From Mycobacterium tuberculosis H37Rv (lineage in GTDB: Bacteria > Actinomycetota > Actinomycetes > Mycobacteriales > Mycobacteriaceae), in the NCBI RefSeq assembly GCF_000195955.2, contig NC_000962.3:570001-602000 (forward strand): a DNA stretch of 32,000 nucleotides. Reading direction: 5' to 3'. This document shows, piece after piece, positions 1 through 10,808 of this stretch. Position 1 is the first letter of the stretch; every line of letters begins with the position of its first letter. Made by a program: the position numbers and the translations under genes. The notes under the pieces are model-generated. The model was not told the origin of the DNA. It saw nothing but the letters and a program-made list of their open reading frames with translations, and ran no database searches.

Positions 1-512
1 GTGATCCACAGCGTGGTGAAGCGCTGTTCGATGGTCACTAGCTGGCTTAATTGGGTGCCGATAAGCCTCTCCAGCTTCCCGCCAATGAACGGGATACGCA
101 CCTGGATGGTGACCTGCAGCGTCATTCGGGAGCCACCCGACTCCGGTATGGGCGAGAGCACGGCGGTGCCCCACAAGTTCACCGGAGCGTCCACGATCGA
201 TCCCGCAATGGACGCGGTCGCGATGCCTTCCTTGACCGGGCCCCAGGTCTCCTCGCGCCGTACCGAAAGATCGCCCCGGTGCAACTGTGTGACCAGGCCG
301 GGCAGATTGTGACTGCGCACCATCTGCAGGGTGACGACTTCGATGGTGCCGTCGTCTCCGGAGTCGCCACCTACGCGTATCGACTCAAGGGTCGCGACGT
401 CGACCGGCGTTTCGGCCAGTCTGGCTTTCCAGTAGTCCGCCTCGTAGAAAGCCCGATGAACCTCCTCGACGCTGCCCTCGTAGTCGGCCGACATGTCGAA
501 TGAACGCGGCAT
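1..512 (-). CDS. Conserved protein, DUF2505-like (3' end cut by window edge; Rv0481c-like)
   Basis: Open frame on the minus strand from ATG at 512 (MPRSFDMSADYEGSVEEVHRAFYEADYWKARLAETPVDVATLESIRVGG...) to the window edge without a stop. It is absent from the ORF track, probably because it is truncated. Confidence 0.85.
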   Translation of the reverse strand, partial: MPRSFDMSADYEGSVEEVHRAFYEADYWKARLAETPVDVATLESIRVGGDSGDDGTIEVVTLQMVRSHNLPGLVTQLHRGDLSVRREETWGPVKEGIATASIAGSIVDAPVNLWGTAVLSPIPESGGSRMTLQVTIQVRIPFIGGKLERLIGTQLSQLVTIEQRFTTLWI

Positions 513-538
513 AGCAGGTCAGGCTACCCTTACGGGCC

Positions 539-1648
539 ATGAAACGGAGCGGTGTCGGTTCGCTCTTTGCCGGTGCGCATATTGCCGAGGCGGTCCCGTT
601 GGCGCCGCTGACCACTTTGCGTGTGGGCCCGATCGCCCGACGTGTCATCACTTGCACCAGCGCCGAACAGGTGGTGGCTGCGCTGCGGCACCTGGATTCG
701 GCGGCCAAGACCGGAGCTGACCGCCCGCTGGTGTTTGCTGGTGGCTCCAATTTGGTGATCGCCGAGAACCTGACCGACCTGACCGTGGTGCGGTTGGCCA
801 ATAGCGGCATCACCATCGACGGTAACTTGGTGCGGGCCGAGGCCGGTGCGGTCTTCGATGACGTGGTGGTTAGGGCCATCGAACAGGGTCTGGGCGGACT
901 GGAATGCCTGTCTGGCATCCCAGGATCGGCCGGGGCGACACCCGTGCAGAACGTGGGGGCGTATGGCGCGGAGGTGTCTGACACCATCACTCGGGTTCGG
1001 CTTTTGGATCGGTGCACGGGTGAGGTGCGTTGGGTATCCGCGCGCGACCTGCGCTTCGGCTATCGCACGAGCGTGCTCAAACACGCTGATGGGCTTGCGG
1101 TGCCCACCGTGGTCTTGGAGGTGGAGTTTGCGCTGGATCCGTCGGGCCGCAGCGCACCGCTGCGCTACGGCGAGCTGATCGCCGCGCTGAATGCGACCAG
1201 CGGCGAGCGCGCCGACCCGCAAGCGGTCCGCGAAGCGGTGCTGGCCCTGCGGGCACGCAAGGGCATGGTGCTGGACCCGACCGACCATGACACCTGGAGC
1301 GTGGGATCGTTCTTCACAAACCCGGTGGTCACCCAGGATGTTTACGAACGGCTGGCCGGTGACGCGGCCACCAGAAAGGACGGTCCGGTCCCGCACTATC
1401 CCGCGCCCGACGGCGTCAAGCTGGCCGCCGGCTGGCTGGTGGAACGGGCCGGCTTCGGCAAGGGCTATCCGGATGCCGGCGCCGCCCCATGCCGGCTTTC
1501 CACCAAACATGCGCTGGCGCTGACAAATCGTGGCGGGGCCACCGCCGAAGATGTGGTGACGCTGGCGCGCGCCGTGCGCGATGGGGTCCATGATGTGTTT
1601 GGTATCACACTAAAACCCGAACCCGTGCTGATCGGCTGCATGTTGTAG
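539..1648 (+). CDS. murB: UDP-N-acetylenolpyruvoylglucosamine reductase
   Basis: 369-aa ORF with [17 protein letters not shown]-binding motif, [18 protein letters not shown], and GSFFTNPV motifs typical of MurB. Confidence 0.97.
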
Positions 1649-1709
1649 CTGCGTTTTCGCGGCGGGGCGGCGTGGCGCGCATTGCTTAGGGCTGGTTGCC
1701 AGGCGTTCT

Positions 1710-3065
1710 GTGGTCATTCGTGTGCTGTTTCGCCCGGTATCTTTGATACCCGTGAATAACTCCAGCACCCCCCAGAGTCAGGGGCCGATCAGTCGGCGTC
1801 TGGCGTTGACGGCCCTTGGGTTTGGGGTGTTGGCACCGAACGTTCTGGTCGCGTGCGCCGGCAAAGTGACCAAGCTGGCCGAGAAGAGGCCGCCACCGGC
1901 GCCTCGTCTGACTTTCCGGCCTGCCGACTCTGCCGCCGACGTGGTGCCGATCGCGCCGATCAGCGTCGAGGTCGGTGACGGCTGGTTTCAGCGGGTCGCG
2001 CTGACCAATTCGGCAGGCAAGGTCGTCGCCGGGGCATACAGCCGGGATCGCACCATCTACACGATCACCGAGCCGCTGGGCTACGACACGACCTACACCT
2101 GGAGCGGTTCGGCCGTCGGCCATGACGGCAAGGCGGTTCCGGTGGCGGGCAAGTTCACCACCGTGGCACCCGTCAAGACGATCAACGCGGGATTCCAGCT
2201 CGCCGACGGCCAGACCGTCGGGATCGCGGCGCCGGTGATTATTCAGTTCGATTCACCGATCAGCGACAAGGCCGCCGTCGAGCGGGCACTAACCGTGACC
2301 ACCGACCCGCCTGTCGAGGGCGGCTGGGCCTGGCTGCCCGACGAGGCGCAGGGCGCTCGCGTGCACTGGCGTCCTCGGGAGTACTACCCGGCGGGTACCA
2401 CCGTCGACGTCGACGCCAAGCTGTATGGGCTGCCGTTCGGCGACGGCGCGTACGGCGCGCAGGATATGTCGTTGCACTTCCAGATCGGTCGTCGTCAGGT
2501 GGTCAAGGCCGAAGTCTCGTCGCACCGCATCCAAGTCGTCACCGATGCCGGCGTCATCATGGACTTCCCGTGCAGCTACGGCGAGGCCGACTTGGCGCGC
2601 AACGTCACCCGCAACGGCATCCACGTCGTCACCGAGAAATACTCGGACTTCTACATGTCCAACCCGGCCGCCGGTTACAGCCATATCCACGAACGTTGGG
2701 CGGTGCGGATTTCCAACAACGGCGAGTTCATCCATGCCAACCCTATGAGCGCCGGTGCCCAGGGCAACAGCAATGTCACCAACGGCTGTATCAACCTGTC
2801 GACGGAGAACGCCGAACAGTACTACCGCAGCGCGGTCTACGGTGACCCGGTTGAGGTGACCGGCAGTTCGATCCAGCTGTCCTACGCCGACGGTGACATC
2901 TGGGACTGGGCGGTGGACTGGGACACCTGGGTGTCGATGTCGGCGCTACCGCCACCGGCGGCCAAACCGGCGGCGACGCAAATCCCGGTCACCGCCCCGG
3001 TCACGCCGTCGGATGCCCCCACCCCGTCCGGCACACCCACGACTACTAACGGACCGGGTGGGTAG
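1710..3065 (+). CDS. lprQ: Lipoprotein L,D-transpeptidase (YkuD family)
   Basis: GTG-start 451-aa ORF; lipobox LVAC; catalytic region [23 protein letters not shown]; Pro/Thr-rich C-terminus. Confidence 0.93.
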
Positions 3066-3801
3066 CGCGACGGCTAGCTGATGCCTGGTCGCGGGGCCGG
3101 ATGACGATCTGGTCAAGGTTGACGTGTGAGGGCCGGGTGGCCACGAATCCGATCACCTCGGCGACGTCGGCGGCTACTAGCGGTGTCATGCCGGCATAAA
3201 CCGCGTCCGCGCGTTGCTGGTCGCCGTCGAAGCGGACCAGCGAAAATTCGGTCTCGACCGCACCTGGAGCGATCTCGGTGAGCCGGACCGGCTTCCCCAG
3301 CAGTTCGCCGCGCAGCGTGCGATGCAGCGCGCCCTGCGCGTGCTTGGCAGCGGTGTAGCCGGCGCCGCCGTCGTACACCTCGATCGCGGCGATCGAGGTG
3401 ACGGTGACGATCAGGCCGTCGCCGGAGTCGATCAGCTTGGGCAGCAGCGCGCGGGTTACCCGCAGCGTGCCCAGTACGTTGGTGTCCCACATCCATCGCC
3501 AGTGCTCCAAATCGGCATCGGCGACGAACTGAAGCCCCTTGGCGCCACCGGCGTTGTTGACCAGCACGTCCACCCGGCTCAGCGCGCGGGCCAACGCTTC
3601 GACGGCGGCGTCGTCAGTGACATCGGCCACAATTGCGGTTCCGCCGATCTGGTTGGCCAGCGCGGTGATCCGGTCCGCCCGACGCGCCACCGCGACCACG
3701 TGAAACCCCTGGGCCGCAAGGGTTCTCGCGGTTGCCTCGCCGATACCGGAACTGGCGCCGGTGACCACGGCGACTCGCTTGCGGGTGCCGATTGTCGTCA
3801 T
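3046..3801 (-). CDS. Short-chain dehydrogenase/reductase
   Basis: 251 aa; [13 protein letters not shown] cofactor motif, [11 protein letters not shown] catalytic motif (Rv0484c-like). Confidence 0.93.
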
Positions 3802-3983
3802 CGGGACAACTCTAATAAACGTGCTAAATTCTCGGTGTGTACCACAGCGCCTTGTTCCGCACGACGACCGCGTGTCTTTTCGCGGGCGCGTGTTGTTGCC
3901 GCCCCCTTTGCCGCGCCTGACCGATACACGTCAGCAGGTGTGGCCAACAGGACCCGGCCATTGGAACTCGGAGAAGAACGCCC

Positions 3984-5300
3984 GTGTACTCGACTAACCG
4001 CACCTCACAGTCACTCAGCCGCAAGCCCGGCCGCAAGCACCAGCTGCGATCGCACCGTTACGTCATGCCGCCGTCGCTGCACCTGTCCGATTCCGCGGCT
4101 GCGTCCGTCTTCCGGGCCGTGCGTTTGCGTGGTCCGGTCGGTCGGGACGTAATTGCTGGATCTACGTCGCTGAGCATCGCGACGGTGAACCGCCAGGTCA
4201 TCGCACTGCTGGAAGCGGGCCTCCTGCGTGAGCGGGCGGACCTGGCGGTTTCCGGGGCTATCGGGCGCCCACGCGTGCCTGTCGAAGTAAACCACGAGCC
4301 TTTTGTCACCCTGGGCATCCACATCGGTGCCCGGACCACCAGCATCGTGGCCACCGACCTGTTCGGCCGCACGCTCGACACGGTGGAGACCCCGACCCCG
4401 CGTAACGCTGCCGGGGCCGCGCTGACCTCACTGGCCGACAGCGCTGACCGATACTTGCAGCGCTGGCGCCGGCGCCGTGCGCTGTGGGTCGGGGTGACGC
4501 TTGGTGGTGCAGTCGACAGTGCCACCGGTCATGTCGACCATCCGCGGCTCGGTTGGCGTCAGGCTCCGGTCGGACCCGTGCTGGCGGATGCCCTAGGCCT
4601 GCCCGTGTCGGTGGCGTCCCACGTCGACGCCATGGCCGGGGCCGAGCTGATGCTCGGCATGCGGCGGTTCGCACCGAGCTCGTCGACGAGCCTCTACGTC
4701 TACGCCCGCGAAACCGTAGGCTATGCGCTGATGATCGGTGGGCGGGTGCACTGCCCGGCCAGTGGTCCCGGCACCATCGCGCCCCTGCCCGTCCACTCTG
4801 AAATGCTCGGCGGTACCGGGCAGCTGGAGTCCACTGTCAGCGACGAGGCGGTTTTGGCTGCTGCCCGCCGGCTGCGGATCATCCCCGGCATCGCTTCGAG
4901 GACCCGGACCGGTGGGTCCGCTACCGCCATCACCGACTTGCTGCGAGTGGCACGAGCCGGTAATCAGCAAGCCAAGGAGCTGCTGGCGGAGCGGGCCCGC
5001 GTGCTCGGTGGGGCGGTCGCGCTGCTGCGTGACTTACTCAATCCCGACGAAGTGGTGGTGGGTGGCCAGGCGTTTACCGAATATCCCGAGGCGATGGAGC
5101 AGGTGGAGGCGGCGTTTACGGCAGGGTCGGTGCTGGCGCCGCGTGACATCCGCGTGACCGTTTTCGGCAACCGGGTGCAGGAGGCCGGGGCAGGCATCGT
5201 GTCCCTAAGCGGGCTCTATGCCGATCCATTGGGTGCCTTGCGGCGATCGGGCGCGCTGGATGCCCGGCTGCAGGACACCGCCCCGGAGGCGCTCGCGTGA
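3984..5300 (+). CDS. ROK-family transcriptional regulator with N-terminal winged helix
   Basis: GTG-start 438 aa; HTH segment SIATVNRQVIALLEAGLLRERA followed by an ROK domain (GIHIGARTTSIVATDLFGRTLDT) (Rv0485-like). Confidence 0.9.
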   Translation: MYSTNRTSQSLSRKPGRKHQLRSHRYVMPPSLHLSDSAAASVFRAVRLRGPVGRDVIAGSTSLSIATVNRQVIALLEAGLLRERADLAVSGAIGRPRVPVEVNHEPFVTLGIHIGARTTSIVATDLFGRTLDTVETPTPRNAAGAALTSLADSADRYLQRWRRRRALWVGVTLGGAVDSATGHVDHPRLGWRQAPVGPVLADALGLPVSVASHVDAMAGAELMLGMRRFAPSSSTSLYVYARETVGYALMIGGRVHCPASGPGTIAPLPVHSEMLGGTGQLESTVSDEAVLAAARRLRIIPGIASRTRTGGSATAITDLLRVARAGNQQAKELLAERARVLGGAVALLRDLLNPDEVVVGGQAFTEYPEAMEQVEAAFTAGSVLAPRDIRVTVFGNRVQEAGAGIVSLSGLYADPLGALRRSGALDARLQDTAPEALA

Positions 5301-5347
5301 TCGGCTGACGAGCCGCGTCCGCGCGTGTCACTTCGGTTCCTGCAAGG

Positions 5348-6790
5348 ATGGCAGGTGTGCGGCACGATGACGGTTCAGGGTTGATCGCCCAGCGCCGTCC
5401 GGTCCGCGGCGAGGGTGCCACCCGCTCGCGCGGCCCATCCGGGCCATCCAATCGGAATGTTTCGGCAGCAGACGACCCGCGCCGGGTTGCGCTGCTGGCG
5501 GTGCACACCTCACCGCTGGCACAGCCGGGCACCGGTGACGCCGGCGGCATGAACGTCTACATGCTGCAAAGTGCGCTGCACCTGGCCCGTCGGGGCATCG
5601 AGGTGGAGATCTTCACCCGGGCCACCGCATCGGCAGATCCACCGGTGGTGCGGGTGGCACCCGGGGTGCTGGTGCGCAACGTGGTGGCGGGGCCCTTCGA
5701 GGGTTTGGACAAGTACGACCTGCCCACCCAGCTTTGTGCGTTCGCCGCCGGGGTGCTGCGCGCCGAGGCGGTCCACGAACCGGGTTACTACGACATCGTG
5801 CACTCGCACTACTGGCTGTCGGGTCAGGTCGGCTGGCTGGCGCGCGACCGCTGGGCGGTGCCGTTGGTGCACACCGCACACACGCTGGCCGCCGTGAAGA
5901 ACGCGGCACTGGCCGACGGCGACGGACCCGAGCCGCCGCTGCGTACGGTCGGGGAGCAGCAGGTCGTCGACGAGGCGGATCGGTTGATCGTCAACACCGA
6001 CGATGAAGCCAGGCAAGTGATTTCGCTTCATGGTGCCGATCCGGCACGAATCGACGTGGTCCATCCCGGTGTCGATCTGGACGTGTTCCGCCCGGGTGAT
6101 CGGCGCGCGGCCCGGGCCGCGCTAGGACTACCAGTTGACGAGCGCGTGGTGGCCTTCGTCGGACGCATCCAGCCGCTGAAGGCACCCGACATTGTGCTGC
6201 GTGCGGCCGCCAAGTTGCCCGGGGTGCGCATCATCGTGGCCGGCGGACCGTCGGGCAGCGGTCTGGCTTCACCGGACGGACTGGTCCGGCTCGCCGACGA
6301 ACTGGGCATCTCTGCACGGGTGACGTTTCTGCCGCCGCAGTCCCACACGGATCTGGCCACCTTGTTTCGGGCGGCGGACCTGGTTGCGGTGCCGAGCTAC
6401 TCCGAGTCGTTCGGCCTGGTTGCTGTGGAGGCCCAAGCGTGCGGCACACCGGTGGTGGCCGCGGCGGTGGGCGGGCTGCCCGTCGCGGTGCGCGACGGGA
6501 TCACCGGCACCCTGGTGTCCGGGCACGAGGTCGGTCAGTGGGCCGACGCCATCGATCACCTGCTGCGGTTGTGTGCCGGGCCACGGGGACGGGTGATGAG
6601 CCGGGCGGCGGCACGGCACGCCGCCACGTTCTCGTGGGAGAACACCACCGACGCGCTGTTGGCCAGTTATCGGCGTGCGATCGGCGAGTACAACGCCGAG
6701 CGCCAGCGCCGGGGCGGCGAGGTGATATCGGACCTGGTAGCGGTGGGCAAGCCCCGCCACTGGACGCCGCGTCGCGGGGTGGGCGCGTGA
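5348..6790 (+). CDS. mshA: D-inositol-3-phosphate glycosyltransferase (mycothiol biosynthesis)
   Basis: 480-aa GT4 glycosyltransferase; [48 protein letters not shown]. Confidence 0.96.
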   Translation: MAGVRHDDGSGLIAQRRPVRGEGATRSRGPSGPSNRNVSAADDPRRVALLAVHTSPLAQPGTGDAGGMNVYMLQSALHLARRGIEVEIFTRATASADPPVVRVAPGVLVRNVVAGPFEGLDKYDLPTQLCAFAAGVLRAEAVHEPGYYDIVHSHYWLSGQVGWLARDRWAVPLVHTAHTLAAVKNAALADGDGPEPPLRTVGEQQVVDEADRLIVNTDDEARQVISLHGADPARIDVVHPGVDLDVFRPGDRRAARAALGLPVDERVVAFVGRIQPLKAPDIVLRAAAKLPGVRIIVAGGPSGSGLASPDGLVRLADELGISARVTFLPPQSHTDLATLFRAADLVAVPSYSESFGLVAVEAQACGTPVVAAAVGGLPVAVRDGITGTLVSGHEVGQWADAIDHLLRLCAGPRGRVMSRAAARHAATFSWENTTDALLASYRRAIGEYNAERQRRGGEVISDLVAVGKPRHWTPRRGVGA

Positions 6791-7338
6791 CTTCCTCCTT
6801 GCCGACCGTGCAACGTGTGATCCAGAATGCGCTCGAGGTCAGCCAGCTGAAGTACTCCCAACACCCCCGCCCGGGCGGGGCGCCGCCCGCGCTGATCGTC
6901 GAGCTGCCGGGCGAACGCAAGCTCAAGATCAACACCATCCTGAGCGTCGGCGAGCATTCGGTGCGTGTCGAGGCGTTCGTGTGTCGCAAGCCTGACGAGA
7001 ACCGCGAAGACGTATACCGGTTCCTGCTGCGGCGCAACCGCCGCCTGTATGGGGTCGCGTACACGCTGGACAATGTCGGCGACATCTACCTGGTGGGCCA
7101 GATGGCGCTGTCCGCAGTGGACGCCGACGAGGTTGACCGGGTGTTGGGGCAGGTGTTAGAGGTGGTGGATTCGGACTTCAATGCGTTGTTGGAGTTGGGA
7201 TTTCGGTCGTCGATTCAACGAGAGTGGCAGTGGCGGTTATCTCGCGGTGAGTCGCTGCAGAACCTGCAGGCCTTCGCTCACTTACGCCCGACGACGATGC
7301 AGAGCGCGCAGCGCGATGAGAAGGAGTTGGGCGGTTAG
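6787..7338 (+). CDS. YbjN-domain conserved protein
   Basis: GTG start at 6787 overlapping the mshA stop (GTGA); 183 aa; [45 protein letters not shown]; its C-terminus [13 protein letters not shown] is encoded by the tandem repeat (Rv0487-like). Confidence 0.92.
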   Translation: MTSSLPTVQRVIQNALEVSQLKYSQHPRPGGAPPALIVELPGERKLKINTILSVGEHSVRVEAFVCRKPDENREDVYRFLLRRNRRLYGVAYTLDNVGDIYLVGQMALSAVDADEVDRVLGQVLEVVDSDFNALLELGFRSSIQREWQWRLSRGESLQNLQAFAHLRPTTMQSAQRDEKELGG

Positions 7339-7496
7339 GTCGAGCCCGACGACGATGCAGAGCGCGCAGCGCGATGAGAAGGAGTTGGGCGGTTAGGTCG
7401 AGCCCGACGACGATGCAGAGCGCGCAGCGCGATGAGAAGGAGTTGGGCGGTTAGGTCGAGCCCGACGACGATGCAGAGCGCGCAGCGCGATGAGAA
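7286..7496 (+). repeat. 58-bp tandem repeat array (~3.6 copies), ETR-C/VNTR 0577 class minisatellite
   Basis: gatgcagag recurs at 7296, 7354, 7412 and 7470 (exact 58-bp period); unit cgatgcagagcgcgcagcgcgatgagaaggagttgggcggttaggtcgagcccgacga. Confidence 0.97.
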
Positions 7497-7630
7497 ATAG
7501 CACTCGTGGAGGTCAAGACGCCCGCCGGTGATGGGCTGGTGGCGCTCACCCCGTTCCGGACTCAGAAATTCGCGATCACAATTTGCGCGTTCAAGTCATT
7601 GGCATGCATGTGATGGTTTAGCGTTCCGCT

Positions 7631-8269
7631 GTGCCTCTTCAGGTGTTTGTCGGCTTCGTTGCCATGATGACGCTCAAGGTCGCGATCGGCCCGCAAAACG
7701 CATTTGTCCTGCGCCAAGGAATTAGGCGAGAATACGTGCTGGTCATTGTGGCGCTGTGCGGGATCGCTGATGGGGCACTGATTGCCGCGGGCGTTGGCGG
7801 CTTCGCTGCGCTGATTCACGCTCATCCCAATATGACTTTGGTTGCCCGATTTGGCGGCGCAGCGTTCTTGATTGGCTACGCGCTATTGGCCGCGCGGAAC
7901 GCGTGGCGCCCGAGCGGGCTGGTGCCGTCGGAATCGGGGCCGGCTGCGCTGATCGGCGTGGTGCAAATGTGCCTGGTGGTGACCTTTCTCAACCCACACG
8001 TCTATCTGGACACTGTGGTGTTGATCGGTGCCCTCGCCAATGAGGAATCAGATCTGCGGTGGTTTTTCGGAGCCGGTGCCTGGGCCGCCAGCGTCGTATG
8101 GTTCGCCGTGTTGGGATTTAGCGCGGGCCGGCTACAGCCATTCTTCGCAACTCCAGCTGCTTGGCGCATTCTTGATGCGCTGGTTGCCGTGACGATGATT
8201 GGGGTCGCCGTCGTTGTGCTCGTCACGTCACCAAGTGTGCCGACGGCCAATGTCGCACTGATCATTTGA
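7631..8269 (+). CDS. LysE/ArgO-family amino-acid exporter
   Basis: 212 aa, GTG start; [56 protein letters not shown]; hydrophobic segments (Rv0488-like). Confidence 0.92.
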   Translation: MPLQVFVGFVAMMTLKVAIGPQNAFVLRQGIRREYVLVIVALCGIADGALIAAGVGGFAALIHAHPNMTLVARFGGAAFLIGYALLAARNAWRPSGLVPSESGPAALIGVVQMCLVVTFLNPHVYLDTVVLIGALANEESDLRWFFGAGAWAASVVWFAVLGFSAGRLQPFFATPAAWRILDALVAVTMIGVAVVVLVTSPSVPTANVALII

Positions 8270-8425
8270 CCACCTCGTAGGCCGCCCATGTATCGGCCTT
8301 GGTGAACCGGCCGTTACGGTGCCGACCACCTCGGCGGTATGAACGCGCTGCGCAGCGGACCGAGGAGAATTCGGGCATTTTGGTCCACGATGAGGAGTGC
8401 GGGAGTGCGTGAGAGACTTGCCGGT

Positions 8426-9175
8426 ATGGCAAACACTGGCAGCCTGGTGTTGCTGCGCCACGGCGAGAGCGACTGGAATGCCCTCAACCTGTTCACCGGC
8501 TGGGTCGATGTCGGCCTGACGGACAAGGGCCAGGCAGAGGCGGTTCGAAGCGGCGAGCTGATCGCGGAACACGACCTATTGCCCGACGTGCTCTACACCT
8601 CGTTGCTGCGGCGCGCGATCACCACCGCGCATCTGGCGTTGGACAGCGCCGATCGGCTCTGGATTCCCGTGCGGCGTAGCTGGCGGCTCAACGAACGCCA
8701 CTACGGCGCGCTGCAGGGTTTGGACAAGGCCGAGACCAAGGCCCGCTATGGCGAAGAGCAGTTCATGGCCTGGCGGCGCAGCTATGACACGCCGCCGCCG
8801 CCGATCGAGCGGGGCAGTCAGTTCAGCCAGGACGCCGACCCTCGTTACGCCGACATCGGCGGTGGCCCGCTCACCGAATGTCTGGCTGACGTGGTCGCCC
8901 GGTTTTTGCCATATTTCACCGACGTCATCGTTGGCGACTTGCGGGTCGGCAAGACGGTGCTGATCGTTGCCCACGGCAACTCGTTGCGCGCGCTGGTCAA
9001 GCACCTGGACCAGATGTCTGACGACGAAATCGTCGGACTGAACATCCCGACCGGAATTCCGCTGCGCTACGACCTGGATTCCGCGATGAGGCCGCTGGTG
9101 CGCGGTGGTACGTATCTGGACCCGGAGGCGGCAGCCGCCGGCGCCGCCGCGGTGGCCGGCCAGGGCCGCGGGTAA
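8426..9175 (+). CDS. gpm1: 2,3-bisphosphoglycerate-dependent phosphoglycerate mutase
   Basis: [29 protein letters not shown] and [12 protein letters not shown]; start placed at MANTG (8426), 249 aa. Confidence 0.96.
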
Positions 9176-9249
9176 TTGTTTGAGATCCCACCTGCCGGCG
9201 GTTTCGGCGGCTGATGGTGTGCTTTGGTGCGCTGTTTGCCAAACAGCAT

Positions 9250-9266
9250 GTGAACGGTAACCGAAC
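9250..9266 (-). promoter_or_regulatory. PHO-box-like direct repeat GTTCGGTTACC-GTTCAC upstream of senX3
   Basis: Minus-strand reading GTTCGGTTACCGTTCAC has GTTC repeated with an 11-bp period, about 83 bp upstream of the senX3 start; a GTTCACC half-site also occurs at 9322-9328. Confidence 0.45.
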
Positions 9267-9348
9267 AGCTGTGGCGTAGTGTGTGACTTGTCCGATTTTG
9301 GCCTTGCCGCGCTAGGGCGACGTTCACCGGATTTGTAGGATTTTCCTT

Positions 9349-10581
9349 GTGACTGTGTTCTCGGCGCTGTTGCTGGCCGGGGTTTTGTCCGCGCTGGCAC
9401 TGGCCGTCGGTGGTGCTGTTGGAATGCGGCTGACGTCGCGGGTCGTCGAACAGCGCCAACGGGTGGCCACGGAGTGGTCGGGAATCACGGTTTCGCAGAT
9501 GTTGCAATGCATTGTCACGCTGATGCCGCTGGGCGCCGCGGTGGTGGACACCCATCGCGACGTTGTCTACCTCAACGAACGGGCCAAAGAGCTAGGTCTG
9601 GTGCGCGACCGCCAGCTCGATGATCAGGCCTGGCGGGCCGCCCGGCAGGCGCTGGGTGGTGAAGACGTCGAGTTCGACCTGTCGCCGCGCAAGCGGTCGG
9701 CCACGGGTCGATCCGGGCTATCAGTGCATGGGCATGCCCGGTTGCTGAGCGAGGAAGACCGCCGGTTCGCCGTGGTGTTCGTGCACGACCAGTCGGATTA
9801 TGCGCGGATGGAGGCGGCTAGGCGTGACTTCGTGGCCAACGTCAGTCACGAGCTCAAGACGCCCGTCGGTGCCATGGCTCTACTCGCCGAGGCGCTGCTG
9901 GCGTCGGCCGACGACTCCGAAACCGTTCGGCGGTTCGCCGAGAAGGTGCTCATTGAGGCCAACCGGCTCGGTGACATGGTCGCCGAGTTGATCGAGCTAT
10001 CCCGGCTACAGGGCGCCGAGCGGCTACCCAATATGACCGACGTCGACGTCGATACGATTGTGTCGGAAGCGATTTCACGCCATAAGGTGGCGGCCGACAA
10101 CGCCGACATCGAAGTCCGCACCGACGCGCCCAGCAATCTGCGGGTGCTGGGCGACCAAACTCTGCTGGTTACCGCACTGGCAAACCTGGTTTCCAATGCG
10201 ATTGCCTATTCGCCGCGCGGGTCGCTGGTGTCGATCAGCCGTCGCCGTCGCGGTGCCAACATCGAGATCGCCGTCACCGACCGGGGCATCGGCATCGCGC
10301 CGGAAGACCAGGAGCGGGTCTTCGAACGGTTCTTCCGGGGGGACAAGGCGCGCTCGCGTGCCACCGGAGGCAGCGGACTCGGGTTGGCCATCGTCAAACA
10401 CGTCGCGGCTAATCACGACGGCACCATCCGCGTGTGGAGCAAACCGGGAACCGGGTCAACGTTCACCTTGGCTCTTCCGGCGTTGATCGAGGCCTATCAC
10501 GACGACGAGCGACCCGAGCAGGCGCGAGAGCCCGAACTGCGGTCAAACAGGTCACAACGAGAGGAAGAGCTGAGCCGATGA
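9349..10581 (+). CDS. senX3: Two-component sensor histidine kinase
   Basis: GTG-start 410 aa; [17 protein letters not shown]-box, N-box and ATP-binding motifs [20 protein letters not shown] / [11 protein letters not shown]. Confidence 0.97.
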   Translation: MTVFSALLLAGVLSALALAVGGAVGMRLTSRVVEQRQRVATEWSGITVSQMLQCIVTLMPLGAAVVDTHRDVVYLNERAKELGLVRDRQLDDQAWRAARQALGGEDVEFDLSPRKRSATGRSGLSVHGHARLLSEEDRRFAVVFVHDQSDYARMEAARRDFVANVSHELKTPVGAMALLAEALLASADDSETVRRFAEKVLIEANRLGDMVAELIELSRLQGAERLPNMTDVDVDTIVSEAISRHKVAADNADIEVRTDAPSNLRVLGDQTLLVTALANLVSNAIAYSPRGSLVSISRRRRGANIEIAVTDRGIGIAPEDQERVFERFFRGDKARSRATGGSGLGLAIVKHVAANHDGTIRVWSKPGTGSTFTLALPALIEAYHDDERPEQAREPELRSNRSQREEELSR

Positions 10582-10808
10582 CCTGCGCCGACGACGATGC
10601 AGAGCGTAGCGATGAGGTGGGGGCACCACCCGCTTGCGGGGGAGAGTGGCGCTGATGACCTGCGCCGACGACGATGCAGAGCGTAGCGATGAGGTGGGGG
10701 CACCACCCGCTTGCGGGGGAGAGTGGCGCTGATGACCTGCGCCGACGACGATGCAGAGCGTAGCGATGAGGTGGGGGCACCACCCGCTTGCGGGGGAGAG
10801 TGGCGCTG
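10578..10808 (+). repeat. Three exact tandem 77-bp MIRU copies between senX3 and regX3 (MIRU04/ETR-D locus)
   Basis: Unit ATGACCTGCGCCGACGACGATGCAGAGCGTAGCGATGAGGTGGGGGCACCACCCGCTTGCGGGGGAGAGTGGCGCTG starts at 10578, 10655 and 10732; regX3 ATG follows at 10809. Confidence 0.97.

Noticed and set aside
3214-4152. 312-aa plus-strand ORF
   Set aside because: Lies antisense to the SDR gene, whose protein has clear catalytic motifs; no family signature of its own.
7286-7496. 58-bp array considered as a CRISPR-like array
   Set aside because: Units are contiguous and identical with no variable spacers; this is a minisatellite.
8576-9400. 274-aa minus-strand ORF
   Set aside because: Antisense to gpm1; low-complexity Arg/Gln/Pro composition typical of spurious high-GC frames.
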